A stretch of 64,000 nucleotides of DNA from a virus (lineage: Duplodnaviria; Caudoviricetes). Positions 47,121 through 57,889 of the stretch are shown here, piece by piece (the stretch's first letter is position 1; every line of letters starts with the position of its first letter). The position numbers and the translations under genes were made by a program. Location: positions 41 to 64,040 of the IMG/VR virus record IMGVR_UViG_3300044695_005922; one strand, 5' to 3'. The notes under the pieces are model-generated. The model did no database searches. It saw only the letters and a list, made by a program, of their open reading frames with translations, and was not told where the DNA came from.

Positions 47121-48164
47121 ATGAAACAAACTGTATTAATCACTGGTGTTGCTGGACTTCTGGGATCACGATTGGCTGATTGGATTATCGAAAACCAACC
47201 CGATGTAGACGTTATTGGTATTGACGATTTTAGTGGTGGGTATAAAGAAAATATTAATCCAAAGGTAAAGTTTTATAATATTGATTTGGGTACGCAGAAC
47301 TGTGGATACGTTTTCGATTCCTATCAAATTGATATTGTGTATCACTTTGCAGCGTACGCAGCGGAAGCGTTGTCCCCATTCATCAGACAATATAATTACA
47401 CCAATAATCTTCTCGCAACTGCGGGAGTTATCAATCAGTGTATTAAGCACAGTGTAAAGAGATTGGTATTCACTTCTTCGATGGGCGTGTATGGATTTGG
47501 TGCTGGTGAGCCACCATTCCACGAAGATATGGCACGTGTACCGATTGATTCGTATGGTATTGCGAAGGCAGCGTGTGAAATGGATATTGAAACCGCCGGT
47601 GTTCAACATGGATTGGACTGGTGTATTATCCGACCACACAACGTATTCGGTGCGAACCAGAATATTTGGGACAGCTATCGTAATGTGTTAGGTATCTGGA
47701 TGTATAAGAAGTTAACCAATCAACCATTAACTATCTTCGGTGATGGTAATCAGGTTCGTGCATTTAGCTGTATTGATGATTCTCTTGAACCTTTGTGGAG
47801 AGCGGGAACCGACCCAAAGGCATCCAAGCAAATTATTAACTTGGGTGGCATCAAGGAATATAGTATCAACGAAGCAGCAGACACATTGATTGATGTGATG
47901 GGTGGTGGTGAAATCAAACATCTTCCACCACGACATGAAGTGAAGTATGCATATCCTACTTGGCAGAAGTCTGTTGATATTCTTGGGTTTGAACACAAGA
48001 CAGACTTGTATGAAGGATTAAAGAAGATGTGGGAATGGGCACGAGTACAACCAGAACGTCCACGACAGGTGTGGAGTAAGTATGAAGTTGAACAAGGTAT
48101 TTATCCCTTCTGGAAAACCGATGTACTAGTACAGGAAGCCAAGACCGCTAAACTTAAAAACTAA
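47121..48164 (+). CDS. NAD-dependent nucleotide-sugar epimerase/dehydratase
   Basis: TGVAGLLG, HFAAYAAE, TSS, YGIAK, RPHNV. Confidence 0.9.
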   Translation: MKQTVLITGVAGLLGSRLADWIIENQPDVDVIGIDDFSGGYKENINPKVKFYNIDLGTQNCGYVFDSYQIDIVYHFAAYAAEALSPFIRQYNYTNNLLATAGVINQCIKHSVKRLVFTSSMGVYGFGAGEPPFHEDMARVPIDSYGIAKAACEMDIETAGVQHGLDWCIIRPHNVFGANQNIWDSYRNVLGIWMYKKLTNQPLTIFGDGNQVRAFSCIDDSLEPLWRAGTDPKASKQIINLGGIKEYSINEAADTLIDVMGGGEIKHLPPRHEVKYAYPTWQKSVDILGFEHKTDLYEGLKKMWEWARVQPERPRQVWSKYEVEQGIYPFWKTDVLVQEAKTAKLKN

Positions 48165-48165
48165 T

Positions 48166-48966
48166 ATGATTTCGGTTATTATTCCCTCGTATCGTAATCC
48201 AAAGTATTTGGACTTGTGTTTAAAGTCATTGGTTACTGGTCAATCCAACAAAAATCAAATTATTGTTATACTAGATGGATATGCCGAAGAAAGTTTGTCT
48301 GTGGTTGCTAAATACAAAGATATCGAAGTATTGGATTTAGAATCCAATCGTGGTATGCAAACCGCTATTAATATGGGTGTGTGGAGTGCAAACAATGAAA
48401 AGATATTCATCATTAATGATGACAATGTATTTGCACCAAGTTGGGATAGGAAATTGGAGTCGCAGTATAATCCAAATGAAATCGTAACAGTCAATCAAAT
48501 AGAACCCACTGGTCCTGGAATGTTTAACTTTCCCGTAATGGATTGTGGTCAGACTGTTGAAACATTTGATATGGAAAAATTTATTGACGAAGAACGTAAA
48601 CTTTCTTCCAACAAGAAAACACCAGATGGAAATATATTTCCATTCTTGATAAACAAGAAATGGTATATGGCCGTTGGTGGATTTGACACCTTCTACAATT
48701 CTCCAAATCTTTGTGATTGGGATTTCTTCGCAAAGTTAGAATTAATACCTGGTCTTACCAGATCACGTACACATTTCTTACATTCGTATCATTTTGGTTC
48801 TGTATCAACAAAGAAGAATTCGGAAGCACAGAAGTTCAGAGAAAGAGAACAATTTGCAATGCAACAATATTACTATAAGTGGGGTGTCCCTCCACACAAT
48901 GGCCTTAACAATACAAAATTCCCAAACGGGGATTCGTCTACTATAAGAGGATTACATGCAAATTGA
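48166..48966 (+). CDS. GT2 glycosyltransferase
   Basis: ISVIIPSY, INDD, VGGFD, DWDF. Confidence 0.88.
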   Translation: MISVIIPSYRNPKYLDLCLKSLVTGQSNKNQIIVILDGYAEESLSVVAKYKDIEVLDLESNRGMQTAINMGVWSANNEKIFIINDDNVFAPSWDRKLESQYNPNEIVTVNQIEPTGPGMFNFPVMDCGQTVETFDMEKFIDEERKLSSNKKTPDGNIFPFLINKKWYMAVGGFDTFYNSPNLCDWDFFAKLELIPGLTRSRTHFLHSYHFGSVSTKKNSEAQKFREREQFAMQQYYYKWGVPPHNGLNNTKFPNGDSSTIRGLHAN

Positions 48967-49339
48967 GTCACGTATCACAGGCAACTTAACAGTGTATAAA
49001 AAACCCGATATAGTTGCACAGATTGAACGAGAATATCCAGAGATGACCAAAGAATACTGGAATATTATGATGGAGCAATACGAAACGTTTTGTGTCAAAC
49101 AGTCCAACTATGGACCAAGTAATATTTCTGTTGGAACTTCGTTATCAACACCCGACGATGTTCAGTTGTCGTTGACTGGTTTGTGGTTCCGTATGAATGA
49201 TAAGATTCAACGGTTGAAGCAGTTGGTCGTATTAGGTAAGCAGGACAATGTAGGAGAGGCGATAGACGACACCTTTCAAGACCTATCGGTTTACGGGATT
49301 ATCTGTCAGTTGGTCAAGCGTGGTAAGTGGGCAAAATAA
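48956..49339 (+). CDS. DUF1599 / nucleotide-modification-associated domain protein
   Basis: KQSNYG..NI, RMNDKIQRL, E.IDDT..DLSVYGII. Confidence 0.75.
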   Translation: MQIESRITGNLTVYKKPDIVAQIEREYPEMTKEYWNIMMEQYETFCVKQSNYGPSNISVGTSLSTPDDVQLSLTGLWFRMNDKIQRLKQLVVLGKQDNVGEAIDDTFQDLSVYGIICQLVKRGKWAK

Positions 49340-49365
49340 CTTTATAATATTTAGGAGATTGTACG

Positions 49366-49572
49366 ATGCCAAAGTGGCAAGGTGATGTTGTGTTTGATGA
49401 CGATGATGAATTCTATGATGACGAACTTGACTATTATGAAGAAGAGTTCGGGTTGCAAGATAACTACGAAGGGTTTGAGAAAATCCGTCACCCCAGACGT
49501 TCGGAAGAAGAACACAAGGGTGGAAAAAAGAAGAACAGTTTGAAGCATCAGAAACGCCCAGATAAGGAATAA
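49366..49572 (+). CDS. Small acidic/basic protein
   Basis: AGGAG RBS. Confidence 0.55.
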   Translation: MPKWQGDVVFDDDDEFYDDELDYYEEEFGLQDNYEGFEKIRHPRRSEEEHKGGKKKNSLKHQKRPDKE

Positions 49573-49586
49573 CTTCGTACCTATCA

Positions 49587-49596
49587 ACTATTTATA
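49587..49596 (+). promoter_or_regulatory. ACTATTTATA motif
   Basis: Exact copy about 23 nt before ATG 49619. Confidence 0.55.
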
Positions 49597-49618
49597 GTAG
49601 TACCTCAATTGGATTAGT

Positions 49619-51676
49619 ATGAACGAATTGGCTAATGAACTTATAAACGAAATACTGTTACTTGGAGAAGTAGGTAAAAAACCTGCTGCCAAAAAGAGAG
49701 CATTGAAACCAGGTGAGTCAGTAAAACATCCAGGATATTATCACCGTGGTGCTGGCTATTATTCAAAGGTCAGTAAGGATGGCCCCGTTACCCACAAAAC
49801 AGATGACACGGGTAAAATGGTCCCTCTTTCTGCAAAGGAAAAGGCAGCGAAAAATAAGGGTGTACAACAACCGAAAAAACCAGAAAGAACAGGTTCACGT
49901 ACTGGACAATACCTGGGATTGGACAAGGGAACATCGGCTGCAAGAGCACAACGTTCGAAACCAGCAAAGCAACAAGCACCCACGGACACAGGTATAGACC
50001 TAAGAAGTTTTGAAAAGAAAATTTCCACCACACGCGATGTAACAAAGAAACAAAGTTTGTTGCGACTGTTAAAAGCTATACAATCCAATAATCCTTCCAC
50101 TTTACAATCTGTAATCACTGATTTAAAACTTGTAATAAGTCCAGAAGGAAAATTAAAAGCCAAGATATATTCGGGTGATGGGCAAAAAATTGCGGGTGAC
50201 GACAGAGATTTTGCTAGACAAATATATGATTCAACCAAGCAACTTGGAGTTGAAATTCCAGGCGCAATTTCTCGTGAAGATACAGAGCAAGAACCACCAT
50301 CGAAAGTCAGTGAACAATTCAAACCAAGTGCGTTATTCAAAAATGAAAACTTGAATAACTTGGATTTGGAAACAACTGATGCCGGTGTGGTAATTGAAGG
50401 CACGGAACTAACTATTATTTCCGAAGAAGATATTTCCAAAGCAGAAAATTATTGGGTAGAACGTGCCAAACAATACAAAACTTCTAGTGGTGAAGAATTT
50501 ACACCCGAGTATGAGAGTAATGTTCGACGATATGTTCGTGGTGTGTATTCCAAAGCAAACCACAACATCCGATACATGCTCGCACTAGCAGAAAGTAAAC
50601 AAGAATTGGGAACGTATGAATTCCGTGGTGATGAAGGAAAAAATGTAATTGTAAAAAATTTAACCGCAGCAATTACACAAAATGTTCCCGATAAAGAACA
50701 ACGTGCAGCAATATTATCCGCATTGGAAAAGATGAAAACTGCAAGGAACATACCAGAATTTAATTCAGCATATGAAGAATTTTCCAAGGCATTACAAGGC
50801 ACACCAATTGAAGGTAGTAAAAAATACATTGTAGAAAGTTTGACTGCTATAAGAACCATTGCAACTGGTGGTATCGCCATTATCCCGAACTCCGATGCAT
50901 TTAAATTGGCGGATGTTGTTAGCATACGACAAAATCCGTTTACCGGTGATTTGACTATCAATCAATTTATTGTTGATGTGGACGAAGAACAAACGATAAG
51001 TGCGGCTGGGTCTGTAAAACAAGGGAAGGGTAACGCCAGTAGTAATGAATCAAAAATTGAAAACTCCGAATTTGATACTGGTGAAGTTGATGGTGTAGAT
51101 TGCTCAAATATACAAACAGATTTATTATCTCTGTGCCGTATGCGAAACGAAATATTCCAACCGAATGACGGAAATGTACCAGCCGAGGCAAAACAAAAAC
51201 TGTTAAGTACAATAAAACAATATGGTTCAATAATAAAAGCATATTACGGATTGGACTCTGGTATGGGTGATGATGAGATTTATGAATTTTTATCGTATGG
51301 TAGAGAATTGGTATGTTTTGATGGAAAGCCAATGCCTACTGTACCAGATAAAAAAACTGGTGAGATGCGTCCCTACAATCAAGGATTGTCCCCAAATGGT
51401 GAGCAGTGGCGAGCTTGGAGTGTTTTGGGTAAAATAACAGATGCAATGCATAATAGAACAGTTCGTTATCAATTCTACGATACAATTAGATACAACGGTA
51501 AAATAACTACCGCTGATGGTATTCGTAGATTGTCAAAGATGGAAGCACAACATTTAAAAAATAAAGCTGGCGTGAAGGGTAAACCAGGATTTACCAAACC
51601 TGATCAAGAATTAAACGCTTTTACAAAACCAGCAACAGTAACAGAAACACGAAATGGAAACCCTTGTACTCAATAA
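49619..51676 (+). CDS. Large hypothetical protein (possible virion protein)
   Basis: 685-aa ORF after the candidate late motif; Lys-rich N-terminus. Confidence 0.6.
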   Translation: MNELANELINEILLLGEVGKKPAAKKRALKPGESVKHPGYYHRGAGYYSKVSKDGPVTHKTDDTGKMVPLSAKEKAAKNKGVQQPKKPERTGSRTGQYLGLDKGTSAARAQRSKPAKQQAPTDTGIDLRSFEKKISTTRDVTKKQSLLRLLKAIQSNNPSTLQSVITDLKLVISPEGKLKAKIYSGDGQKIAGDDRDFARQIYDSTKQLGVEIPGAISREDTEQEPPSKVSEQFKPSALFKNENLNNLDLETTDAGVVIEGTELTIISEEDISKAENYWVERAKQYKTSSGEEFTPEYESNVRRYVRGVYSKANHNIRYMLALAESKQELGTYEFRGDEGKNVIVKNLTAAITQNVPDKEQRAAILSALEKMKTARNIPEFNSAYEEFSKALQGTPIEGSKKYIVESLTAIRTIATGGIAIIPNSDAFKLADVVSIRQNPFTGDLTINQFIVDVDEEQTISAAGSVKQGKGNASSNESKIENSEFDTGEVDGVDCSNIQTDLLSLCRMRNEIFQPNDGNVPAEAKQKLLSTIKQYGSIIKAYYGLDSGMGDDEIYEFLSYGRELVCFDGKPMPTVPDKKTGEMRPYNQGLSPNGEQWRAWSVLGKITDAMHNRTVRYQFYDTIRYNGKITTADGIRRLSKMEAQHLKNKAGVKGKPGFTKPDQELNAFTKPATVTETRNGNPCTQ

Positions 51677-51679
51677 GTT

Positions 51680-51916
51680 ATGGAAATTAAACAACCTATA
51701 TTAAAAAGATTTCCACCTGGTGATCGGTGGGTAGAAATTGATAGTGATGGAAGGACGGTATATCCAACGTTAACCGCAGCACTGGAATATATGTTCCAAA
51801 AGACCAGATGTAAACAATACTTCCTTGACGCCGGTGAAGGAAGGGTGTATATTATAAAGCAGGAAGCAGACCCCGAACCAGAAATTCCAACATTTAGCAT
51901 TTACGGTGATCATTAA
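51680..51916 (+). CDS. Hypothetical protein
   Basis: RFPPGDRW; tandem ORF. Confidence 0.55.
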   Translation: MEIKQPILKRFPPGDRWVEIDSDGRTVYPTLTAALEYMFQKTRCKQYFLDAGEGRVYIIKQEADPEPEIPTFSIYGDH

Positions 51917-52578
51917 TGAAAGTCAAATTGGTTTCGTACACAACTCCGTGTGTCGAAGAGTTAGGTCCAGACAGTGACCTTACTGATTTAATAGCATTTT
52001 GTGCTCGTGTAAGTAATCCGAGCAACCAAACAAATACCGACACAACAGATAAACTTATTAGTTATCTGATTAAACATAAACATTGGTCACCATTTGAGAT
52101 GGCCAATCTTACACTTGAAATTGAAACCACCCGTGACATTGCCCGACAGATTCTCAGGCATCGTAGTTTCACCTTCCAAGAATTCAGTCAACGATATGCC
52201 GACCCTGTTAAAGAATTAACGTTTGAGAAGCGTGAAGCACGGTTACAAGACCAGAAGAATCGCCAGAATAGTATTGAAGTTGACGACGAACTGCTTCAAG
52301 CTAAATGGAACTCTATGCAAGAACTTGTATTAATTAACGCACGAAACGCATACAATTGGGCAATCGAAAACGGAATCGCCAAAGAAGTTGCCCGTGCAGT
52401 TCTTCCAGAAGGATTAACGACATCACGAATGTACGTAAACGGAACTTTAAGAAGCTGGATTCATTATATTGATATCAGAAGTGATGAAGCAACGCAGAAA
52501 GAACATCGGGAAATTGCTATCGCATGTGCAGAAGCCATTGGTAAATTATTTCCATTGATTACTAATTTTGCACACTAA
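51916..52578 (+). CDS. thyX: Flavin-dependent thymidylate synthase
   Basis: HWSPFE, RQILRHRSFTFQEFSQRY, EVARAVLP, TQKEHR. Confidence 0.96.
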   Translation: MKVKLVSYTTPCVEELGPDSDLTDLIAFCARVSNPSNQTNTDTTDKLISYLIKHKHWSPFEMANLTLEIETTRDIARQILRHRSFTFQEFSQRYADPVKELTFEKREARLQDQKNRQNSIEVDDELLQAKWNSMQELVLINARNAYNWAIENGIAKEVARAVLPEGLTTSRMYVNGTLRSWIHYIDIRSDEATQKEHREIAIACAEAIGKLFPLITNFAH

Positions 52579-52699
52579 TGCTCATCTTACTCTTTAATAT
52601 TTTCGGTTGGTCTTTACTTACATTCATTGCCATATCTGTGTTAATGATATGTGTCACCGCAATTATATTAGTAAAAATTTTTGGGTTTATATATAAATT

Positions 52700-53371
52700 A
52701 TGGCGAAAAAACAGGTAGGCAGTTCCAACACGGGTAGAAAGTCTATACCCTTATTGAAATCTGAAATAGAAGAGGCACAACGAAACACCAACAGTAACCG
52801 ACAAGCTGCGAAATGGTTAGGTGTCAGTGAACCTCGTTACCGACGTTACGCCAAAATATATAATTTGTATGACCAGCATTCAAATCCTCTTGGGTTGGGT
52901 ACCACCAAAGGATTTGCAAAGAATCCGAAAAGTATTCCACTACGAGACATATTTGCCAATAAGCATACGGATTATAGTATGATACGATTAAAATATCGTA
53001 TGGTAGCTCGTCATATGTTAAATGAACAATGTGGTCTGTGTGGATTTAATGAGAAACGATTGTCAGATGGTAAATCCCCATTGATGTTAACTTTCAAAGA
53101 CAAGATGGGAGATTTTTCAAGAGATAACCTACATCTGTTATGTTATAATTGTATGTTTTTGACTACCGGCGCACCGTGGGTGGCCCACCAAAAGTATGTG
53201 GAAACTAGTTTAACGGACCCGGAACACGCCAAGAAACAAAAGGATGAAGGACCAAAGCCAACAGATTCAATGGATCCTGTGGAAGATGCTGAAATAGAGG
53301 AAACGGTCAACCAACATCAGTCCGACATCCGTAATCTTCAAGACGAAATATTACGTGAATTGGGGAGATGA
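52700..53371 (+). CDS. HTH plus degenerate HNH-type protein
   Basis: SNRQAAKWLGVS; CGLCGF...DNLHLLCYNC. Confidence 0.6.
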   Translation: MAKKQVGSSNTGRKSIPLLKSEIEEAQRNTNSNRQAAKWLGVSEPRYRRYAKIYNLYDQHSNPLGLGTTKGFAKNPKSIPLRDIFANKHTDYSMIRLKYRMVARHMLNEQCGLCGFNEKRLSDGKSPLMLTFKDKMGDFSRDNLHLLCYNCMFLTTGAPWVAHQKYVETSLTDPEHAKKQKDEGPKPTDSMDPVEDAEIEETVNQHQSDIRNLQDEILRELGR

Positions 53372-53389
53372 ATTTTAAAATTTTATTTT

Positions 53390-53399
53390 ACTATTTATA
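53390..53399 (+). promoter_or_regulatory. ACTATTTATA motif
   Basis: Exact copy before GGAG and ATG 53433. Confidence 0.55.
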
Positions 53400-53432
53400 A
53401 TACCCTTTCACAATTACACTTGGAGAAACACG

Positions 53433-53603
53433 ATGTCCGAAAACGAAATGTTACGGGAATTCGTGCAAGAATCAACTCCTCGTCAAGTTTCTCATCGGGA
53501 CTCTACACGGCATGACCTCCGTGAATGGAATGTCCAGATGTATTATGAGGCGATGGGAATGGATTTCGGGCACGACGACGACTATGTAGAAGAAAAACAA
53601 TAA
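53433..53603 (+). CDS. 56-aa peptide (not in ORF track)
   Basis: GGAG RBS; MSENEMLREF...SHRDSTRHD...GHDDDYVEEKQ. Confidence 0.55.
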   Translation: MSENEMLREFVQESTPRQVSHRDSTRHDLREWNVQMYYEAMGMDFGHDDDYVEEKQ

Positions 53604-53611
53604 AGGTATCT

Positions 53612-54631
53612 ATGGCAAGTTACACAATATATCATCCCGCACATAAAGGACATACTCCAAATCCAGTTGACATTAACACATATGTCACTGAACTTCTGGC
53701 GTATGAATTAAAAACTGTACTGTTTGATATGGGACATCAAGCAAACATTACCTATATTAATTTGTGTGCAGATAATAGGGTGTTATATATTCCAGAAGTG
53801 GATATTAATGTAAGCTCAGATGGACCGTATATACCTGACTCCCTATGGTTTATAATAGTTAACGACGAAACAAAAAATTTTGTTGTTGTAGATTTACAAG
53901 ACGCTCCATCTGTAACGCGGTATCTACAAACACTTCCAGGTTATGTCATGTCGTTACTTGGCCAGTATTCACTGGAACGGTATCATCACGAGAATCCGTG
54001 GTTAGATTTTACGAAATTACTACCATTTGTTTATTTCCCATATTATCCAAATGTTGTTGAATCTATGATTGAAGAAATTCAAGATATTAGAAATTCATCT
54101 CATCTGGATGATAGAGTATTTTTCTTTGGAAATAATCGTGACGATTATTTACACGATGGAGTTAAAATTAGAGAAGTAATATCCGCACTAGAATACAAAT
54201 ATCCCGATGAGGTTTGTGTTGGTAGTACGGAGAAAAAACTTCCAATGCAAGACTTTTTTAGAAAAGCAGCGACGCATACAATTAATCTAGGATTACCAGG
54301 ACACCAATGGTGTTCCCGTGAACATGAATTGTGGACATTGGGACTTCCCGTTATGTTATACGAACACACACATCATCTGGCTGTTGACTTAATACCCAAC
54401 TATCATTATATTGCCGTACCTGTTGGTCCGCGGTTGTCTATTGGCATGGCCACCAATCCAACGAAAGCCGCCGACCAGATAATTAAAGCACACAGAGAAT
54501 GGATTAAACCTAGTAATAAATGGCGACTAAATAATATTGCTTATAATGGACAACGTAGAATATTAGAACAAGCATCGCCAAAGACAGTTATTCCGAAATT
54601 AATAGACCTTATACAGTTGGGTAATTGGTAA
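53612..54631 (+). CDS. Putative GT-B glycosyltransferase
   Basis: VFFFGN..R, LGLPG..CSRE.E..LGLPV, LIPNYHYI, IAYNG. Confidence 0.55.
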   Translation: MASYTIYHPAHKGHTPNPVDINTYVTELLAYELKTVLFDMGHQANITYINLCADNRVLYIPEVDINVSSDGPYIPDSLWFIIVNDETKNFVVVDLQDAPSVTRYLQTLPGYVMSLLGQYSLERYHHENPWLDFTKLLPFVYFPYYPNVVESMIEEIQDIRNSSHLDDRVFFFGNNRDDYLHDGVKIREVISALEYKYPDEVCVGSTEKKLPMQDFFRKAATHTINLGLPGHQWCSREHELWTLGLPVMLYEHTHHLAVDLIPNYHYIAVPVGPRLSIGMATNPTKAADQIIKAHREWIKPSNKWRLNNIAYNGQRRILEQASPKTVIPKLIDLIQLGNW

Positions 54632-54633
54632 TT

Positions 54634-55539
54634 ATGCAGATTATAAAAACAAACATTGAACGTCCAAACTTTACTAATATTTCTTTTAAACAAGAATATG
54701 AAAAAGACGCGGATAAATACAGAAAATTAATGTCTAATATCGTTGAGGTATTCAATCGTATTGAATATCTTTCGGTAATTGAAGGAACTCGTGACGCACA
54801 TTTATTATTTATTCGACCCGCCGATGTTGAACACAAACGTGCAGAATTTCGTAAATATGGATTGGAGATTGTTTTACTAAACAAAGAAGCAGATAATATG
54901 AGTGGTAACTACGGTAATCACTCACTTCCGTGGGATGGACAGGCACAATTTGTATGGCGTTCTATTGTAACCAAACCAGAATTAGTTTCCAAGTGGAATG
55001 ACATCTGGAAAACTCGTGAACGTGATGTATTTATGGGAGAATATCTCATTGGTCGTGGATTGGGATATCCACATTGTTGTTCAGAGCATTTTACGGAAGT
55101 ATGGATGCGGCGAGGTGGTATTGATACAACGTGGCAACAAGCAGCCTGTACAATTACCAATACATCTGATTATGTTGAAGCAGAAAACATTCTTGGTGAA
55201 TATAATGCTATCGAATTACCTGAAACAACACCAATCTGGGCTAGTAATCTTCTTCGATGGGCTGGGTTAAAGTTAGTTACACATTTACCGTGTTCATTTA
55301 ATTGTACCGAATCTAAACGAATTGCATTAGAAAATCTTGGTATTGCAACGAAATATGGATATGGATACGAATATAATATGTTATGTAAGATGTTGGATTG
55401 GGAAATAACGTGGACCGCGGAATATGGTGTAGCCACAATTGATACACCAGTATTTACCATACATACGTTAACTGATGTAACGGCAACACCTTACAAGGTA
55501 ATTAAAAAAGGTAATAAACAATGTATATTTGTTAAATAG
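54634..55539 (+). CDS. DUF483-like Cys-rich protein
   Basis: IGRGLGYPHCC..F, DTTWQQA, NLLRWAG..HLPCSFNC. Confidence 0.55.
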   Translation: MQIIKTNIERPNFTNISFKQEYEKDADKYRKLMSNIVEVFNRIEYLSVIEGTRDAHLLFIRPADVEHKRAEFRKYGLEIVLLNKEADNMSGNYGNHSLPWDGQAQFVWRSIVTKPELVSKWNDIWKTRERDVFMGEYLIGRGLGYPHCCSEHFTEVWMRRGGIDTTWQQAACTITNTSDYVEAENILGEYNAIELPETTPIWASNLLRWAGLKLVTHLPCSFNCTESKRIALENLGIATKYGYGYEYNMLCKMLDWEITWTAEYGVATIDTPVFTIHTLTDVTATPYKVIKKGNKQCIFVK

Positions 55540-55573
55540 TATTTATTACAATATTAATCAAAACGTAATGATG

Positions 55574-55608
55574 TCCCCCTTTCCTTTTCGGTGAGGGGGA
55601 TATATCTT
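55574..55608 (+). promoter_or_regulatory. Hairpin overlapping a degenerate promoter
   Basis: TCCCCCT/AGGGGGA stem; TTTCCT N17 TATCTT. Confidence 0.4.
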
Positions 55609-55636
55609 TATAGTATACCCTAAACGAAAGGTGATT

Positions 55637-57889
55637 ATGTCAAGATACTACGACACATATGAACAAGAAACTCTGTGGACACTTAACACGCGGACAGGTG
55701 TTAAGAAGAAGCAGGCTACTAATTACAGTTCGTATTGGATGGATTTTGATGATGATGAGTACACCACATCTACAATCAAAGATGACTCTGTAAATCCAGA
55801 GCGTATTGTCAAGCTTGCCTCTGTTCGTCGAGCTATTGCTAATTTTGTTCGTATTCTCACCAACGATGAAACGATTGAAGTGGCTTTTTCTTCCGGCAAG
55901 GATTCGTATACCGATGGTAAGCGTGTTGTAATTGCTGCTGAAGATGATTCGAAACATTTCGATTCTATGGTGGGTCTTGCACTACACGAGGGATCACATT
56001 GTCTCCTTTCGGATTTCAATATGTTGGAGCATTTGATTACTGAGAAGAATTGGGAGCAGTGCTACATTGCGTTGAGTACTGAACTCCGTGGTCTGCTTCA
56101 TCCCGATTATCAGATTGATTATAATCGTAACGATATCGGCCTCAACAAAATTCGTTCGCAGGTGCTGGCGATGCAGAAGATGTTGGGTATTATTATGAAT
56201 GTAATCGAAGATCGTCGTATTGATTCGTATGTGTATAAGAACGCATCGGGGTATCGTCCTTATTACGATGCGATGTATACCAAGTATTTCTTTAATACCG
56301 AAGTTACCAAAAACTTGAAGCACAACCCAGCGTGGCGTACTCCTACGTTTCAGAATTACACGAACTGGTTGATTAATATTTTTCATCCGAACTTTGACCG
56401 CAATGCACTGCCTGGGCTGTCTAAGATGGTCGGTATGATTGATTTGAAGAATGTCCGCCGATTTGATATTACTAAGCGGATGCCAGAACGTTTTGCTGAG
56501 TGGAGTTTTTCGTTCACCAATTCTCCTTGGCAAAACTGGTATATCAATGTTGGTAGTAAATCATATTCGGGCGGCCCTTCGTATGTTACGTTGTTGGATT
56601 ACGAAACCCTCCCACCGTTGTGGACTGTTGCCAATGATGTGCTGTATGAAATTATGAAGCATATTGGCGATTATGAACAGCAGATGCAAAAGGCTAACTC
56701 GGATACATCCACACAAACTGTACAGATTCAGATGGATGGTGTGCAGTTTGATATGAATTTGGATGGTTTGGAAAATCTTGATATTGGCAACACGCAGTCA
56801 TCGGTTGTTCCTGGTAAGTTCAATGAGAAGAAGGCGTTAGATGCGATGAAGAAGATGGAGCAGGTAATGCGTGGTCAGAATCGTCGTAAGAAGTTGAAGG
56901 CGAAGGAACGGGCTGACATCCAGCATCTCGAATCCGCAGATGCGAAGATTGTTGAGGCTGGTGATAAGATTGTCGGCATGTTCCCGTGTCTTGTTACACG
57001 TAAAATTAATAAACAAATTATGTTGTCGGAGTTCTTCCCATTTTCGCATGTTACGCATCATAAGGGTGAGAGGGTTCTGTACTCTACTGAACGTAACAAG
57101 AATGCAGTGGTATCTGGTGTTCGTATGGGTCAGATTCTTGTGCATAGGTTGCAGGTTCGCAACGATCCTGTTGTAACGACATTTACCCGTCAGGATCACG
57201 GTCGTATTGACCGCCGTATCCTCGCTCAGCTGGGTATGGATATTGAGAGTGTGTTCAAGCGAACCACGGTTGAAAACTTTAAGCCTGCGATGCTCCATCT
57301 GTCTCTGGACGCGTCTGGTTCTATGAGTGGTAGGAAGTGGGAACAGTGTATTACCGTGGCTACTGCATTGTCCTATGTCGCTAGTAAAATTCGTAATATT
57401 GAAGTTGTTGTTACGATTCGTGGTGATAGTGAAATTCCTATGGTCGCTGTGGTGCATGACAGTCGAGTTGATAATTTCCAAAAAGTTCGTAACCTCTTTC
57501 CTTCCCTGTGTCCGACAGGTTCTACTCCTGAGGGATTGTGCTTCAACGCAACGCTAGACCTTATCACGGAATGCTCTGGTGAATACGATACGTACTTCAT
57601 TAACTTTTCGGATGGTGAACCTGGTACATCTGTTCGTCGTGGTGGTGAATATCGTAATTATGGTGGTGAGGAAGCATTCAATCATACACGGCGACAGGTA
57701 CAAGCGATGCGTGATGCTGGTGTCAAGGTTATGTCGTATTTCATTTCTGAGTACACAACGATTAAACCCCACAGCTATTCGCATACCGCTTTCAAAAAGA
57801 TGTACGGTGAAAGCGCTGTGTTTGTGAATGTGCAGAATGTAACTGAGGTACTTCGTACTATGAATAACCTTCTACTCAAAAAGTCCTAA
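55637..57889 (+). CDS. CobT-like zincin plus VWA domain protein
   Basis: SYTDG, LALHEGSH, NVIEDRRID; MIDAS LDASGSM, TPEG, NFSDGEP. Confidence 0.85.
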   Translation: MSRYYDTYEQETLWTLNTRTGVKKKQATNYSSYWMDFDDDEYTTSTIKDDSVNPERIVKLASVRRAIANFVRILTNDETIEVAFSSGKDSYTDGKRVVIAAEDDSKHFDSMVGLALHEGSHCLLSDFNMLEHLITEKNWEQCYIALSTELRGLLHPDYQIDYNRNDIGLNKIRSQVLAMQKMLGIIMNVIEDRRIDSYVYKNASGYRPYYDAMYTKYFFNTEVTKNLKHNPAWRTPTFQNYTNWLINIFHPNFDRNALPGLSKMVGMIDLKNVRRFDITKRMPERFAEWSFSFTNSPWQNWYINVGSKSYSGGPSYVTLLDYETLPPLWTVANDVLYEIMKHIGDYEQQMQKANSDTSTQTVQIQMDGVQFDMNLDGLENLDIGNTQSSVVPGKFNEKKALDAMKKMEQVMRGQNRRKKLKAKERADIQHLESADAKIVEAGDKIVGMFPCLVTRKINKQIMLSEFFPFSHVTHHKGERVLYSTERNKNAVVSGVRMGQILVHRLQVRNDPVVTTFTRQDHGRIDRRILAQLGMDIESVFKRTTVENFKPAMLHLSLDASGSMSGRKWEQCITVATALSYVASKIRNIEVVVTIRGDSEIPMVAVVHDSRVDNFQKVRNLFPSLCPTGSTPEGLCFNATLDLITECSGEYDTYFINFSDGEPGTSVRRGGEYRNYGGEEAFNHTRRQVQAMRDAGVKVMSYFISEYTTIKPHSYSHTAFKKMYGESAVFVNVQNVTEVLRTMNNLLLKKS

